A stretch of 36,189 nucleotides of DNA, from NCBI GenBank assembly GCA_012513235.1, contig JAAZCO010000347.1:1-36189 (forward strand), read 5' to 3'. Shown one piece after another: positions 1 to 10,085 of this stretch (within the stretch, counting starts at the first letter, position 1; the number at the start of each line of letters is the position of its first letter). Source of the DNA: Gammaproteobacteria bacterium. GTDB lineage: Bacteria; Pseudomonadota; Gammaproteobacteria; Pseudomonadales; Pseudomonadaceae. The notes under the pieces were generated by a model, which ran no database searches, had not been told where the DNA came from, and saw nothing but the letters and a program-made list of their open reading frames with translations. The position numbers and the translations under genes are program-made.

Positions 1-592
1 CACCCTTGGGGTAAGTCGCGCGGGTCATGGCCGTTAAAATGCCATCGGGGTGCACCGAGTTACAACGAATACGGTAGCGCTTTAAGCGACAGTCCGCCGC
101 CACTGCACGGGTTAACGCCGCCACTGCGCCTTTACTGGCACAGTATGCGACGTAATCTTCTTTGCCTGCTAAAGCGGCAATAGACGACATATTGACAATC
201 GAGCCGCCCTGTTTTTTCATCACTGCAATCGCCGCTTTACAGCCAAGGAACACGCTGTCGGCATTGACATTCATTAAGCGCTTCCAGTCTTCATAGCTGG
301 ACTCTTCGATATCACCCGCAATTAAAATACCGGCATTATTGACCAAGATATCCAGCTTGCCAAAGCTGTCGACAGCACGATCCACTACCTGCTGCCAACC
401 TTGCGGGTCGGTGACATCGTGACGCACAAAAGTGGCGCCAATTTCTGTCGCGATACGTGCGCCATCTACCTCATTGAGGTCTGACATCAGCACCTGTGCG
501 CCCTCACTGACAAACAGACGCGCTACAGCTTCGCCAACACCACTGGCAGCGCCAGTGACAATCGCTACTTTTCCAGACAGTCTTTTACTCAT
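1..592 (-). CDS. Short-chain dehydrogenase, 3beta/17beta-hydroxysteroid dehydrogenase-like (runs off the left edge, 3' truncated)
   Basis: Not in the ORF track; translated by hand from ATG at 592: MSKRLSGKVAIVTGAASGVGEA...LVNNAGILIAGDIE...YCASKGAV...RIRCNSVHPDGILTAMTRATYPKG. It has the TGxxxGxG, NNAG and YxxxK motifs. The NSxHPDGI..PKG segment resembles Comamonas testosteroni 3beta/17beta-HSD as recalled. It lies directly downstream of kstD. Confidence 0.85.
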   Translation of the reverse strand, partial: MSKRLSGKVAIVTGAASGVGEAVARLFVSEGAQVLMSDLNEVDGARIATEIGATFVRHDVTDPQGWQQVVDRAVDSFGKLDILVNNAGILIAGDIEESSYEDWKRLMNVNADSVFLGCKAAIAVMKKQGGSIVNMSSIAALAGKEDYVAYCASKGAVAALTRAVAADCRLKRYRIRCNSVHPDGILTAMTRATYPKG

Positions 593-602
593 ACTGCTTT
601 CC

Positions 603-2318
603 TTATTTTTGTGCAGCGGCATCTAACGCAGCAATGTAACCAAAGGTCATCGCTGGACCCAAGGTACCGCCCGCACCAGGATAGGTGGTGCCCATCACCG
701 AAGCCGAGGTATTACCGATCGCATACAAGCCTTTAATCACCTGACCATCGGGCTTGACGACCTGCGCATGTTCGTTGGTTAACAAGCCACCTTTAGTACC
801 AATATCACCGCCCTGAATCGGCATCGCGTAAAATGGACCTTTGGCGACGGGGGCTAAGCAAGGATTTGGAGTGACATTGCTATCACCATAGTAGCGATCA
901 AATACGTTACCACCGCGACCGAAATCTTCATCCACACCGGTTTGCGCGTAGTGATTGATTTTCTTAACCGTATCTTTTAAACCAGCGACATCAACACCAA
1001 TTTTTTGTGCCAATTCTTCCAGTGTGTCGGCTTTATAGTAGAGCTTATTCAGCCACTCTTTGCGCAGACGCATATCAGGCATAATCTGCCCCGGCATTAA
1101 TGGGCCCATGGCGTAGTTAAAGCGGAACTTGGCATCAAACACCACCCAACTCGGAAACGTCTTACCTGCAGTTTTTTTATTATCGGCATACATAGCCGTG
1201 ACAAACTCAAGATAAGGAGTTGCTTCATTCACAAAACGCTGGCCTAAACTGTTCACCACAATCGCGCCTGGGAAAGCTCGCTCAGCAAACACACCACGGG
1301 CTTTGGCTTCACCTGGCACTAAAAATGAAGGCGTCCACCACGCCCAATCCAATAATGCAGTAGCTGCACCGAGCTTCTGTCCAGCTTCGAGTGCCGCACC
1401 GGTATTAGCGCCTTCTGGCGTCGTGCTCCACTCCACCTTATTCGGCTGCGGCAGGTATTTCTCACGTAGCACAGGATTTTGCTCAAAGCCTCCAGCCGCT
1501 AAAATGACACCTCGACTAGCACCAATACGCTGCTGCTGACCATTACGCTCGACCACCACACCACAGACGCGGCCGTTTTCTTCAATTAACTCAATAAAGT
1601 TAGTGTTGAGCCATACAGGCACACCCCTATCAATCAACGACGCACGCAAGCTCGCCACTAAGGCATTACCTAAAGCAGTCCGACGGTCACGTTTTTGGCC
1701 GGTTTTTTTACGCCACCTAAAATCCATTTTATAGCGCAGCATCATCCACATCACCATCAAACGCCAGCCACGCGACTTTGACATCGCTATATGCGCTTGA
1801 CGGGCGGTCCAAGAGATACTCCCCATAAGCATATTCCCGCGTGAGGCCTCGCGCAGGTTTGGCAGTTCATCTTTCAACGCCGTAATATCAAATAACTCAG
1901 GATCGAGGGTACGACCACCAGGCAAAAACCCTTCATATTGCGGGTAGTAATCTGGATATTTTTCTGCAACAGCGTAACGTACACGCGAGTTATCCTCTAA
2001 CCACTTGATCATCTCCGGTGCTTTTTCAATATACTTACGCACGCGGACTTCATCGATATCGTCACCAATGGCATTTTTCAGATAGGTCCAAGCTTTTTCC
2101 GGACTGTCTTGGCCTCCCTTGGCTTTAAAGTAATGGTTGCAAGGGATCCAAATACCGCCACCTGACAACGCGGATGTGCCACCGTATTTGTCGGTTTTCT
2201 CGACAACCAGCACCCGCAGCCCTTGTGCTGCAGCAGTTACCGCAGAGGTTAAGGCGCCAGCACCCGAGCCCACTACCACCAGATCATAATCTGTATTAAA
2301 TTCACTTTTAGCAGTCAT
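603..2318 (-). CDS. kstD: 3-ketosteroid Delta1-dehydrogenase (KstD/TesH), FAD-dependent
   Basis: 571 aa with GSGAGA FAD motif, GGTSALSGGGIWIP, YPDYYP, FDRYYGD, GDIGTKGGL and YPGAGGTLGPAM, all typical of KstD. Steroid gene context. Confidence 0.88.
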   Translation of the reverse strand: MTAKSEFNTDYDLVVVGSGAGALTSAVTAAAQGLRVLVVEKTDKYGGTSALSGGGIWIPCNHYFKAKGGQDSPEKAWTYLKNAIGDDIDEVRVRKYIEKAPEMIKWLEDNSRVRYAVAEKYPDYYPQYEGFLPGGRTLDPELFDITALKDELPNLREASRGNMLMGSISWTARQAHIAMSKSRGWRLMVMWMMLRYKMDFRWRKKTGQKRDRRTALGNALVASLRASLIDRGVPVWLNTNFIELIEENGRVCGVVVERNGQQQRIGASRGVILAAGGFEQNPVLREKYLPQPNKVEWSTTPEGANTGAALEAGQKLGAATALLDWAWWTPSFLVPGEAKARGVFAERAFPGAIVVNSLGQRFVNEATPYLEFVTAMYADNKKTAGKTFPSWVVFDAKFRFNYAMGPLMPGQIMPDMRLRKEWLNKLYYKADTLEELAQKIGVDVAGLKDTVKKINHYAQTGVDEDFGRGGNVFDRYYGDSNVTPNPCLAPVAKGPFYAMPIQGGDIGTKGGLLTNEHAQVVKPDGQVIKGLYAIGNTSASVMGTTYPGAGGTLGPAMTFGYIAALDAAAQK

Positions 2319-2352
2319 CTACACACCTGTCTTAGTCACTGAGTTGGCAAGC

Positions 2353-2385
2353 AAAAACCGTCGCGCTACTTAGAGTGCGCGACGG
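2353..2385 (-). terminator. Intrinsic terminator-like hairpin between hsaA and kstD
   Basis: Stem CCGTCGCGC (2358-2366) / GCGCGACGG (2377-2385), followed by a T5 tract on the minus strand (A5 at 2353-2357). Confidence 0.55.
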
Positions 2386-2394
2386 AAACACTTT

Positions 2395-3585
2395 TTAAAC
2401 GTAAGGATCAGGGTTAGGCAGACCGAGCTGGACTGTGCCATAGGCACGCGCATAGGCCGCCATGTTATTCGCAATATGACCGCGCGCCTGATGAATATCA
2501 CGGAAGATGCGTTCGACTGGATTAGTCTTATAGAGTCCAGACGCAGCCATTGACCTCAGCAACAAGCTCACTTTCTCAGCGCAGGTGTTGGTCACATAAG
2601 CCGACTGATAGCGGTACAGCAAACGCATTTCCACATCAGGCAATTCGCCTTTGTGAGCAATCTCTAGCAGTTCACCGTAGTTGCGGTGCAAGACCAGCTT
2701 GAGCATATCCAAGGTTAAGATTGCATCGGCTATCGTATCCTGAGCCAATGGATCTTCAGCTGTTTTAGCACCATGCTTACCGATGTGCTTCGCCGCATTG
2801 TCACAAAACTCGTTAATAGCGCCTTGTAACGCACCTAAGGCTGAAGTGGACACTGCACGAGTAAAGACCTGCGCAAAGGGAATCGCAAAGATCGGATTGG
2901 TGTTTTCTTTCAGACCTGGAGTGGCTTCAGGTGAGCTGTTATTGGTGCGCTGCACACGGTGCGCCGGAACAAAAGCATCATCCACGATAATATCGTGACT
3001 GCCCGTCCCACGCAGACCCAGCACATCCCAGTTACGCTCAATGCGATAGTCAGCTAAAGGCACTAGGAACGTACCATGCTCCACACCTTCGCCATTCTCA
3101 TCAGGCGGTAAAATACCACCCAGCAATGTCCACTCGCAATGCTCGCAACCACTAGAGAAACCCCAGCGACCGCTGATGCGATAGCCACCTTCAACCGGTG
3201 TCACTTTCGCCACAGGCATATAGGTTGAGCCGACTAAGGTATCTTGACTTACACCCCAGACATCTTGCTGAGCTTGCTCAGGGTAACGCGCTAACTGCCA
3301 TGGGTGCACACCCATCACGCCATAAATCCACGCAGTGGACATACAGCCTTCAGCCAGTGCCATTTGAATTTCAAAGAAGGTACGAGGATCAACTTCAAAG
3401 CCACCATGACGCTTAGGTTGCATCGCTTTGAATAAACCTGCGGCCTGCATCTCTGCAATGGTTTCATCAGGGATTTTAAGATCATGCCCTGCTTGGGTGG
3501 AGCGCGCTTTTAACGCTGGAATCATTTTGCGCGCACTTTCGATGAGCTCGAGTTCTTTTGTTGTTTTCTTATGAGCGATAGCCAT
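2395..3585 (-). CDS. hsaA: Flavin-dependent monooxygenase oxygenase subunit, 3-HSA 4-hydroxylase-like (HsaA/TesA2)
   Basis: 396 aa, acyl-CoA dehydrogenase-fold monooxygenase (GCMSTAW, GRWGFSSGCEH, W..LGLRGTGSHD, IFRDIHQARGH). Adjacent to kstD, with a partner flavin reductase at 5499. Confidence 0.82.
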   Translation of the reverse strand: MAIAHKKTTKELELIESARKMIPALKARSTQAGHDLKIPDETIAEMQAAGLFKAMQPKRHGGFEVDPRTFFEIQMALAEGCMSTAWIYGVMGVHPWQLARYPEQAQQDVWGVSQDTLVGSTYMPVAKVTPVEGGYRISGRWGFSSGCEHCEWTLLGGILPPDENGEGVEHGTFLVPLADYRIERNWDVLGLRGTGSHDIIVDDAFVPAHRVQRTNNSSPEATPGLKENTNPIFAIPFAQVFTRAVSTSALGALQGAINEFCDNAAKHIGKHGAKTAEDPLAQDTIADAILTLDMLKLVLHRNYGELLEIAHKGELPDVEMRLLYRYQSAYVTNTCAEKVSLLLRSMAASGLYKTNPVERIFRDIHQARGHIANNMAAYARAYGTVQLGLPNPDPYV

Positions 3586-3661
3586 AATTAGTTCTCTCAG
3601 TGATTTACGCAGCTAGTGTTTTTCAATGTTTTATGATTATCAGCGCACACCACCCACCTCT

Positions 3662-3679
3662 CATCGTCAAACTGGACTA
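3662..3679 (-). promoter_or_regulatory. Conserved 18-bp upstream box (putative activator site)
   Basis: Minus strand TAGTCCAGTTTGACGATG, 77 bp upstream of the hsaA start. Confidence 0.65.
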
Positions 3680-3802
3680 GGAATTAATGAACACCCCAAG
3701 TCAGCAGTTAGACCTTGGTATTCACATACAGCACGCTCACAATTATTTTACTTATGCAGCCTGCCCTGCCTGAGCCAAACCCAACACCTAAGCCTCAAAA
3801 GC

Positions 3803-3838
3803 AAAAAGCCCGAGCACAGTTCAACCGTGCTCGGGCTT
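3803..3838 (-). terminator. Rho-independent terminator after the aldehyde dehydrogenase gene
   Basis: 12-bp stem AAGCCCGAGCAC (3806-3817) / GTGCTCGGGCTT (3827-3838) with a T tract on the minus strand. Confidence 0.75.
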
Positions 3839-3854
3839 GATGTTAGAGTCCTAC

Positions 3855-5285
3855 TTAACGCGTCACTTGCGCAGCCATAGCTGCAGCAAAATGCTCAGGG
3901 AAAGGCGGCAACATGCCCCACTCAGCACGCGGATCAACCGGCGCACCTTGGAACACCGTACGCGCATGACTGAACTCAAGGAAACCATCACGACCGTGAT
4001 AATGCCCCATACCCGACGCGCCTACCCCACCAAAGGGTGCATCTTCCATCGCAGCGTGCATCAACGCATCATTGAGCGTGACACCACCGGACAAGGTGTG
4101 ATCTAACACATAATCCTGCTCAGCTTGATCTTGCCCGAAGTAATACAGCGCCAAGGGTCGACCACCACTGTTGATCTCTTGCACCACATGCTTAATATCA
4201 CTGTAAGTCAGCAATACAAAAGCCGGACCAAAGATTTCATGCTGCATAATGTCAGACAGCAACGGTGGATTAATCACAATACTCAACGGATGCTTGCGCC
4301 CCACTGCCGGTACGCCAACATCAGGGCAACGTACAACTTCTGCGCCTTCTTCTTGCGCCTGCGCCACATAACCTGCGACACGCGCTAAATGCTGCACATT
4401 CACCACAGCAGTATAGTCAGGGTTATTTTCTACGGTTGGATACAGCGCACTGTAAGTTTCACAAAAAGCACTGACAAACTCATCGCGCGCTGCAACAGGC
4501 ACATACACAAGGTCCGGTGAGATACACAACTGCCCGCCATTCATACCTTTAGCGATAGCTAAACGACGCGCTGCTTCACGGATATCAGCCGTTTCACTGA
4601 TAATCACCGGCGACTTACCACCTAATTCCAAAGTAACTGGCACCAAGTTATCTGCCGCGGCCCGCATAATCTTTTTGCCAACTTCGGTGCTACCGGTAAA
4701 TACCAAGTGATCAAAAGGCATACCGGCAAACGCCTGCCCCACTTCAACACCACCGGTAATCACTGCCACATCCAACGGGTCAAAACACTCACCAATGGCC
4801 TTAGCTAAAACGCGCGCAGTTTCTGGCGCAACTTCCGAGGGCTTAAGTACCGCACGGTTACCCGCTGACAATGCGGAAGCAAGCGGACTCAGCAGGGTAA
4901 AGATTGGCGCATTCCAGGTACCAATAATACCCACTGTGCCCTTAGGCTTATATTGCACCCAAGCTTGCGCACCCATTTGATCATAAGGAGAAAACACTTG
5001 ACGCGACTCAGAACCAACCCACTGCTCTAGGTTGTCACGCGCATGCTTAAGGGAGTTAAGAGAGCCCAAAATATCATTCATCAAGCTAAAACCTTGATGG
5101 CGCCCACCGAAATCGGCTTCCATAGCAGTGCATAGTTCTTGGTGATGATCGACCAACAAATCAATCGCGGTTTGCAATCGGCGCTTACGTGTCTCTACAT
5201 CGACCACACCTTGCTCGTCTGTCGCTTGTCGATGCTGTTTAAGCAAGTCAGACAATTCTTGTGATGTTGCTAACTGAGCGCTCAT
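3855..5285 (-). CDS. NAD(P)-dependent aldehyde dehydrogenase (coniferyl-aldehyde dehydrogenase-like family)
   Basis: 476 aa with LKPSE, FTGSTEVG, LELGGKSP (catalytic Glu), GQLC (catalytic Cys), EIFGP and PFGGVGASGMG. Confidence 0.9.
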   Translation of the reverse strand: MSAQLATSQELSDLLKQHRQATDEQGVVDVETRKRRLQTAIDLLVDHHQELCTAMEADFGGRHQGFSLMNDILGSLNSLKHARDNLEQWVGSESRQVFSPYDQMGAQAWVQYKPKGTVGIIGTWNAPIFTLLSPLASALSAGNRAVLKPSEVAPETARVLAKAIGECFDPLDVAVITGGVEVGQAFAGMPFDHLVFTGSTEVGKKIMRAAADNLVPVTLELGGKSPVIISETADIREAARRLAIAKGMNGGQLCISPDLVYVPVAARDEFVSAFCETYSALYPTVENNPDYTAVVNVQHLARVAGYVAQAQEEGAEVVRCPDVGVPAVGRKHPLSIVINPPLLSDIMQHEIFGPAFVLLTYSDIKHVVQEINSGGRPLALYYFGQDQAEQDYVLDHTLSGGVTLNDALMHAAMEDAPFGGVGASGMGHYHGRDGFLEFSHARTVFQGAPVDPRAEWGMLPPFPEHFAAAMAAQVTR

Positions 5286-5351
5286 GGACTCTCCTTATTG
5301 TATTTATTTTTTGGTCTTAGATTTTAGCTTAGAAGCACCCTCCCAAGGCCG

Positions 5352-5369
5352 CCTCGTCTATTCGGACGA
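5352..5369 (-). promoter_or_regulatory. Conserved 18-bp upstream box
   Basis: Minus strand TCGTCCGAATAGACGAGG, 67 bp upstream of the aldehyde dehydrogenase start. Confidence 0.55.
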
Positions 5370-5417
5370 TAACCGCAAAACCCTTGATTTTACAGCGTTT
5401 GCAGGGTGATTTATCGA

Positions 5418-5435
5418 TAGTCCATAGAGACGATG
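5418..5435 (+). promoter_or_regulatory. Conserved 18-bp upstream box
   Basis: TAGTCCATAGAGACGATG, 64 bp upstream of the flavin reductase start. Confidence 0.65.
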
Positions 5436-5498
5436 TTTAACCCCTGCTGCCACATGATAATCAAGTCAACATAGCATGACTAAACGAGGTGCTTCACT

Positions 5499-6503
5499 AT
5501 GGCCAAAGCCAGCTTTGACCCGCAAGAGTTTCGCTCAGCATTGAGCACATTTACCACCGGCGTGACTATTATCACCACGCGTGCCGAAAACGGCGATCCT
5601 GTTGGCATTACAGCGAACAGTTTCAACTCGGTATCGCTGAATCCACCGATGGTACTGTGGAGCCTGGACAAGTCTGCCATGAGTTTATCGGCATTCACTA
5701 GCAACAAACACTGGAACGTACACATTCTCTCCAGCGAGCAAGAGTCCTTATCCGGCCGTTTTGCTTCGCGAGGAGAAGAGAAGTTTAAGGGTTTGGACTT
5801 AGAGCCAGGGATGAATAATATCCCGTTATTGCGCAACTGTACTGCACGCTTTAATTGCCGGACTGCCTTTATTTATGAAGGCGGTGATCATATGATTTTT
5901 GTTGGTGAAGTGCTGGGCTTTGACAAGTCAGACCTACCACCACTGGCCTTCCAAAGCGGTTTGTATGCACTGGCAGCAAGAAAGCCGCGCGAAGGCGTGC
6001 AACTCAGTGCAGCGCCAACGCCTGAGTGCAGCTACACCGAAGATCTACTGGGTTACTTAGCAGGTCGTGCGCACTTCCAATTGGTTGCCACCCTACAAAA
6101 TGTACTGAAAACTCAACAGCTCAATGAGAAGCAGTTTTTTATTCTGTCGGTACTGAGCATTCAAGACAGCTTAACTCTGGAAGAAATCAACCAGTTTGTT
6201 GAATACACCGGCGGCGCCGTATCGATTGAAGAAATGGCACAACTCGAAGAGCTGCAGCATATAGTGCTAGTGCAGAAAAATGGCGATCAGTGCTATGTAT
6301 TAACCGCTGACGGCCGTGATGCATCACTCAAGCAAATTGCTGTTGCCAAAGCTGTTGAAGAACAAATTGCTAAGCAAATTGGCCATGGTGATGTAGAGGC
6401 TTTAAAAATCCTCCTCAAACGTGTGATTAAGGCCACTGATCTTGATCTGCCTGATCTATGGGCCACTAAAGAAGAAAACAACGCTAAAAAAACTGCATCA
6501 TAA
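5499..6503 (+). CDS. Flavin reductase (HsaB/TesA1/HpaC-like) with C-terminal MarR-like winged-helix domain
   Basis: The N-terminal ~165 aa is a flavin reductase (FRSALSTFTTGVTIIT, TANSFNSVSLNPP, GGDHMIFVGEV). The C-terminal ~150 aa has a MarR-like pattern (LNEKQFFILSVL...LTADGR). Confidence 0.85.
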   Translation: MAKASFDPQEFRSALSTFTTGVTIITTRAENGDPVGITANSFNSVSLNPPMVLWSLDKSAMSLSAFTSNKHWNVHILSSEQESLSGRFASRGEEKFKGLDLEPGMNNIPLLRNCTARFNCRTAFIYEGGDHMIFVGEVLGFDKSDLPPLAFQSGLYALAARKPREGVQLSAAPTPECSYTEDLLGYLAGRAHFQLVATLQNVLKTQQLNEKQFFILSVLSIQDSLTLEEINQFVEYTGGAVSIEEMAQLEELQHIVLVQKNGDQCYVLTADGRDASLKQIAVAKAVEEQIAKQIGHGDVEALKILLKRVIKATDLDLPDLWATKEENNAKKTAS

Positions 6504-6522
6504 TAATAAAAAGGGATACACA

Positions 6523-7296
6523 ATGAGTTTAATTGACCGATTTAGCCTAAACGGCAGCGTCGCTGTAATCACTGGAGCAGGTAAAGGTATCGGCCGCGCG
6601 ATTGCCTTTGCTTATGCTGAAGCAGGCGCGCAGGTTGTGTGCGCTGCTCGCACCCTCAGTGATGTGGAAGCGGTTGCAAGCGCAATCAAAGCCAAAGGCG
6701 GTGACGCCATTGCCGTGGCCTGCGACGTCACTTGCGCCGACAGTCGCGAAGCTTTAATACAGCAAGCCGTTGCAGCATTCGGTAAGGTCACTCATTTAGT
6801 TAATAATGCCGGCGGTGGTGGCCCGAACGACCCAGCAACAATGCCTTGGCAAGAACTGGATCGTTTGTTGAATTTCAATGTCACCACCCCCTACCATCTG
6901 ATTCAGCTGTGCGTACCACACATGCGTGCAGCCGGTGGCGGTAACGTCATCAATATCAGCTCGGTCGCAGCGAACTATATCCAGAAAAATTTTAGCGCCT
7001 ATGGCACCGCCAAAGCGGCGTTAGTGCATATGACTAAACTGCTGTCACAAGATTTTGCCCCAGAGATTCGCATCAATGCAATTTCACCCGGCCCAATCCT
7101 CACCGACGCGCTCGACAAGGTGATGCCAGCAGCGGTCAAAGAGATCATGACCAAAAACACACCACTGCAGCGCTTAGGCGAAGTGGAAGATATCTCTGCT
7201 GCAGCTTTGTACTTTGCATCGCCAGCCTCCGGCTGGGTCTCGGGCAAAATCTTGGATATTGACGGCGGTGCCGGCGTCAGTGTGTTCCCTAGCTAA
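6523..7296 (+). CDS. Short-chain dehydrogenase, 7alpha-hydroxysteroid dehydrogenase-like
   Basis: The true start is probably ATG 6523 (RBS AAGGGA), not 6442. Motifs TGAGKGIG, NNAGGGGP, YGTAK, PGPILTDAL and WVSG resemble E. coli HdhA as recalled. Confidence 0.75.
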   Translation: MSLIDRFSLNGSVAVITGAGKGIGRAIAFAYAEAGAQVVCAARTLSDVEAVASAIKAKGGDAIAVACDVTCADSREALIQQAVAAFGKVTHLVNNAGGGGPNDPATMPWQELDRLLNFNVTTPYHLIQLCVPHMRAAGGGNVINISSVAANYIQKNFSAYGTAKAALVHMTKLLSQDFAPEIRINAISPGPILTDALDKVMPAAVKEIMTKNTPLQRLGEVEDISAAALYFASPASGWVSGKILDIDGGAGVSVFPS

Positions 7297-7321
7297 AACA
7301 TACCAGCGGAGACAGAAGATC

Positions 7322-8116
7322 ATGATTGACGAAACAGTGATTAAACAACTCGGCGACGAACTGTTTGAAGCATTGCAGTCCAGCACCAGCCTCGCGCCGC
7401 TGACCGAACGCTACCCTGATATCACCATTGAGCAGGCGTACCAGATTTCTTTGCAGTTTCTCCAGCGTCGCGAAGCGGCTGGGCAAAAACTGATTGGTAA
7501 AAAAATCGGTGTCACCTCTAAAGCCGTGCAAGACATGCTCAATGTCCACCAGCCTGACTTTGGCTTCCTCACCGACGCCATGCAAGTTGCAGACGGCAGT
7601 GCCGTGAGCAAAGCTGAGCATTGCTTAGTGCAACCACGCGCTGAAGGTGAAATTGCTTTTATCCTTAAAGCCGACCTCAACGGTCCAGGCATTACTGCCA
7701 GCGACGTCTTGGCTGCCACTGAATATGTGGTGCCCTGCTTTGAAATCGTCGATTCACGTATTCGTGATTGGAAGATTGCCATTGAAGACACTGTGGCTGA
7801 CAACGCTTCATGTGGCGTGTTTGCCTTAGGCTCTGCACGCATCGACCCACGTACTGTGGATCTGGCCAAGGTTGAGCTGACCATGACTAAAAATGGCGAG
7901 CCGGCTGGCAGCGGTTTGGGTTCAGCGGTACAAGGTCACCCTTGCGAAGCCGTGGCTTGGTTGGCCAACACGCTAGGTAAGTTGGGCATTCCCTTCCGTA
8001 AAGGCGAAATTATTCTGTCGGGCGCATTGGCACCTTTGGTTCCAGTGACGGCTGGCGACCGTATCGAAATGAATATCACCGGACTTGGTTCTGCCAGTCT
8101 GACGTTTACCGACTGA
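7322..8116 (+). CDS. dmpE: 2-hydroxyhexa-2,4-dienoate / 2-oxopent-4-enoate hydratase (TesE/HsaE/DmpE/MhpD family)
   Basis: Start ATG 7322 with RBS GGAG. Motifs [43 protein letters not shown]. First gene of the hydratase-dehydrogenase-aldolase trio. Confidence 0.9.
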   Translation: MIDETVIKQLGDELFEALQSSTSLAPLTERYPDITIEQAYQISLQFLQRREAAGQKLIGKKIGVTSKAVQDMLNVHQPDFGFLTDAMQVADGSAVSKAEHCLVQPRAEGEIAFILKADLNGPGITASDVLAATEYVVPCFEIVDSRIRDWKIAIEDTVADNASCGVFALGSARIDPRTVDLAKVELTMTKNGEPAGSGLGSAVQGHPCEAVAWLANTLGKLGIPFRKGEIILSGALAPLVPVTAGDRIEMNITGLGSASLTFTD

Positions 8117-8141
8117 AGCAGTTAACGGAGAGCACACTATT

Positions 8142-9038
8142 ATGAGTAAAAAAATTCGTTGCGCCATTATTGGCCCCGGTAACATCGGCACAGACTTACT
8201 GTACAAGATCCAACGCAGTGAGTTTCTCGAAGCGGTGTGGATGGTGGGTATTGACGCCACCTCTGAAGGTTTATTGCGCGCACAAGATATGGGTTTAAAA
8301 ACCACCGCCGATGGCGTTGATGGTTTGTTAGCGCATATCAAAGAAGACGATATCCGTATCGCCTTTGATGCAACCTCAGCCTATGTTCACCCTGAAAACA
8401 GCCGCAAGCTCAATGAACTCGGCGTGCTGATGATCGATCTGACACCGGCAGCGATTGGTCCATTTTGTGTGCCACCCGTTAACCTCGATGCTTGCTTAAG
8501 CAGCGGTGCCATGAACGTCAACATGGTCACCTGCGGCGGCCAAGCCACCATTCCTTTAGTGGCCGCGGTTTCGCAAGTGCAACCTGTTGAGTACGCCGAA
8601 ATTATTGCCACAGCCGCCTCTAAGTCGGTCGGCCCAGGTACCCGCAAAAACATTGATGAATTTACCCGTACCACCGCCAGCGCGGTTGAAAAAGTCGGCG
8701 GCGCGAAAAAGGGTAAAGCCATTATCGTGATTAACCCCGCGGAGCCACCGCTGATGATGCGCGATACCGTGCACTGTTTAGTCGAAGGCGAGCCGGATCA
8801 AGCAGCCATTACTGCATCGATTCACGCCATGATTAAGCAAGTACAAAAATATGTGCCGGGTTACACCTTAGTCAACGGCCCTGTGTTTGACGGCAATCGC
8901 GTCTCGATCTTTATGGAAGTTGAAGGCTTGGGCGATTTCTTACCTAAGTACGCTGGCAACCTCGACATCATGACCGCAGCAGCTGCACGTACTGCAGAAA
9001 TGTTCGCAGAAAAACTACTCACCCAGACTGTGGCTTAA
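8142..9038 (+). CDS. dmpF: Acylating acetaldehyde/propionaldehyde dehydrogenase (TesF/HsaG/DmpF/MhpF)
   Basis: Motifs [40 protein letters not shown] and [12 protein letters not shown]. Confidence 0.95.
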   Translation: MSKKIRCAIIGPGNIGTDLLYKIQRSEFLEAVWMVGIDATSEGLLRAQDMGLKTTADGVDGLLAHIKEDDIRIAFDATSAYVHPENSRKLNELGVLMIDLTPAAIGPFCVPPVNLDACLSSGAMNVNMVTCGGQATIPLVAAVSQVQPVEYAEIIATAASKSVGPGTRKNIDEFTRTTASAVEKVGGAKKGKAIIVINPAEPPLMMRDTVHCLVEGEPDQAAITASIHAMIKQVQKYVPGYTLVNGPVFDGNRVSIFMEVEGLGDFLPKYAGNLDIMTAAAARTAEMFAEKLLTQTVA

Positions 9039-9048
9039 GGAGACTGTT

Positions 9049-10080
9049 ATGGACCTTAAAGGCAAAAAAATTACCGTTCACGATATGTGCTTACGTGACG
9101 GCATGCACCCCAAGCAGCACCAGATTTCTCTGGATGAGATGAAAACCATTGCCCAAGGACTGGATGCCGCTGGCGTACCGCTGATTGAAGTCACCCACGG
9201 TGACGGTCTTGGTGGTTCTTCCGTGAACTATGGTTTCCCGGCGCACACTGACGAAGAATATCTCTCAGCGGTCATCCCTCTGATGAAGAACGCCAAAGTC
9301 TCTGCCCTACTGTTGCCCGGTATCGGAACGGTTGAGCATTTGCATATGGCTAAAGATTTGGGCGTGAACACCATCCGCGTTGCCACCCACTGCACCGAAG
9401 CCGATGTCTCTGAGCAGCACATCACTGAAGCACGCAAGCTGGGCATGGACACTGTGGGCTTTTTAATGATGGCGCACATGAACACTCCAGAAGGCCTAAC
9501 CAAGCAAGCCAAACTGATGGAAAGCTATGGTGCCAACTGCATCTACATCACTGACTCAGCCGGCTATATGCTGCCACAGGATGTGCATGCGCGCGTTTCA
9601 GCGATCCGTAACGCATTAGGCAAGGACATCGAGATTGGTTTCCACGGCCACCACAACTTATCCATGGGTGTCTCCAACTCCATCGCCGCTATTGATGCCG
9701 GTGCAACGCGTATTGATGCAGCGTGCGCAGGTTTAGGTGCGGGCGCGGGTAATACACCGATGGAAATCTTGATTGCCGTCTGCGCTCGTATGGGCATTGA
9801 AACTGGTGTCGATGTGTTTGGTATTCAAGACGTAGCCGAAGATTTGGTGGTACCCATTATGGACTTCCCAATCCGCAGTGACCGTGATGCGCTGACCATG
9901 GGTTACGCCGGCGTGTACGGCTCGTTCTTACTGTTTGCTAAGCGTGCCGAAGCCAAATATGGCGTATCTGCGCGTGAGATTCTGGTCGAGATGGGTCGTC
10001 GTGGCATGGTTGGTGGCCAAGAAGATATGATTGAAGATACTGCTCTTACGTTGCTCAAGCAGCGTCAGGCGTCGGCCTAA
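9049..10080 (+). CDS. dmpG: 4-hydroxy-2-oxovalerate/hexanoate aldolase (TesG/HsaF/DmpG)
   Basis: Motifs [45 protein letters not shown] and VGGQEDMI. Confidence 0.95.
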   Translation: MDLKGKKITVHDMCLRDGMHPKQHQISLDEMKTIAQGLDAAGVPLIEVTHGDGLGGSSVNYGFPAHTDEEYLSAVIPLMKNAKVSALLLPGIGTVEHLHMAKDLGVNTIRVATHCTEADVSEQHITEARKLGMDTVGFLMMAHMNTPEGLTKQAKLMESYGANCIYITDSAGYMLPQDVHARVSAIRNALGKDIEIGFHGHHNLSMGVSNSIAAIDAGATRIDAACAGLGAGAGNTPMEILIAVCARMGIETGVDVFGIQDVAEDLVVPIMDFPIRSDRDALTMGYAGVYGSFLLFAKRAEAKYGVSAREILVEMGRRGMVGGQEDMIEDTALTLLKQRQASA

Positions 10081-10085
10081 CGATT

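Noticed and set aside
3626-3880. 84-aa ORF in the hsaA / aldehyde dehydrogenase spacer
   Set aside because: It overlaps a terminator and the hsaA promoter box on the opposite strand, and has no RBS or family motif.
7322-10080. Phenol/catechol (dmp/xyl) meta-cleavage operon
   Set aside because: There is no phenol hydroxylase, catechol 2,3-dioxygenase or tautomerase. The kstD/hsaA context favours the steroid tesEFG role. kshAB, hsaC and hsaD are not in this window and presumably lie elsewhere.
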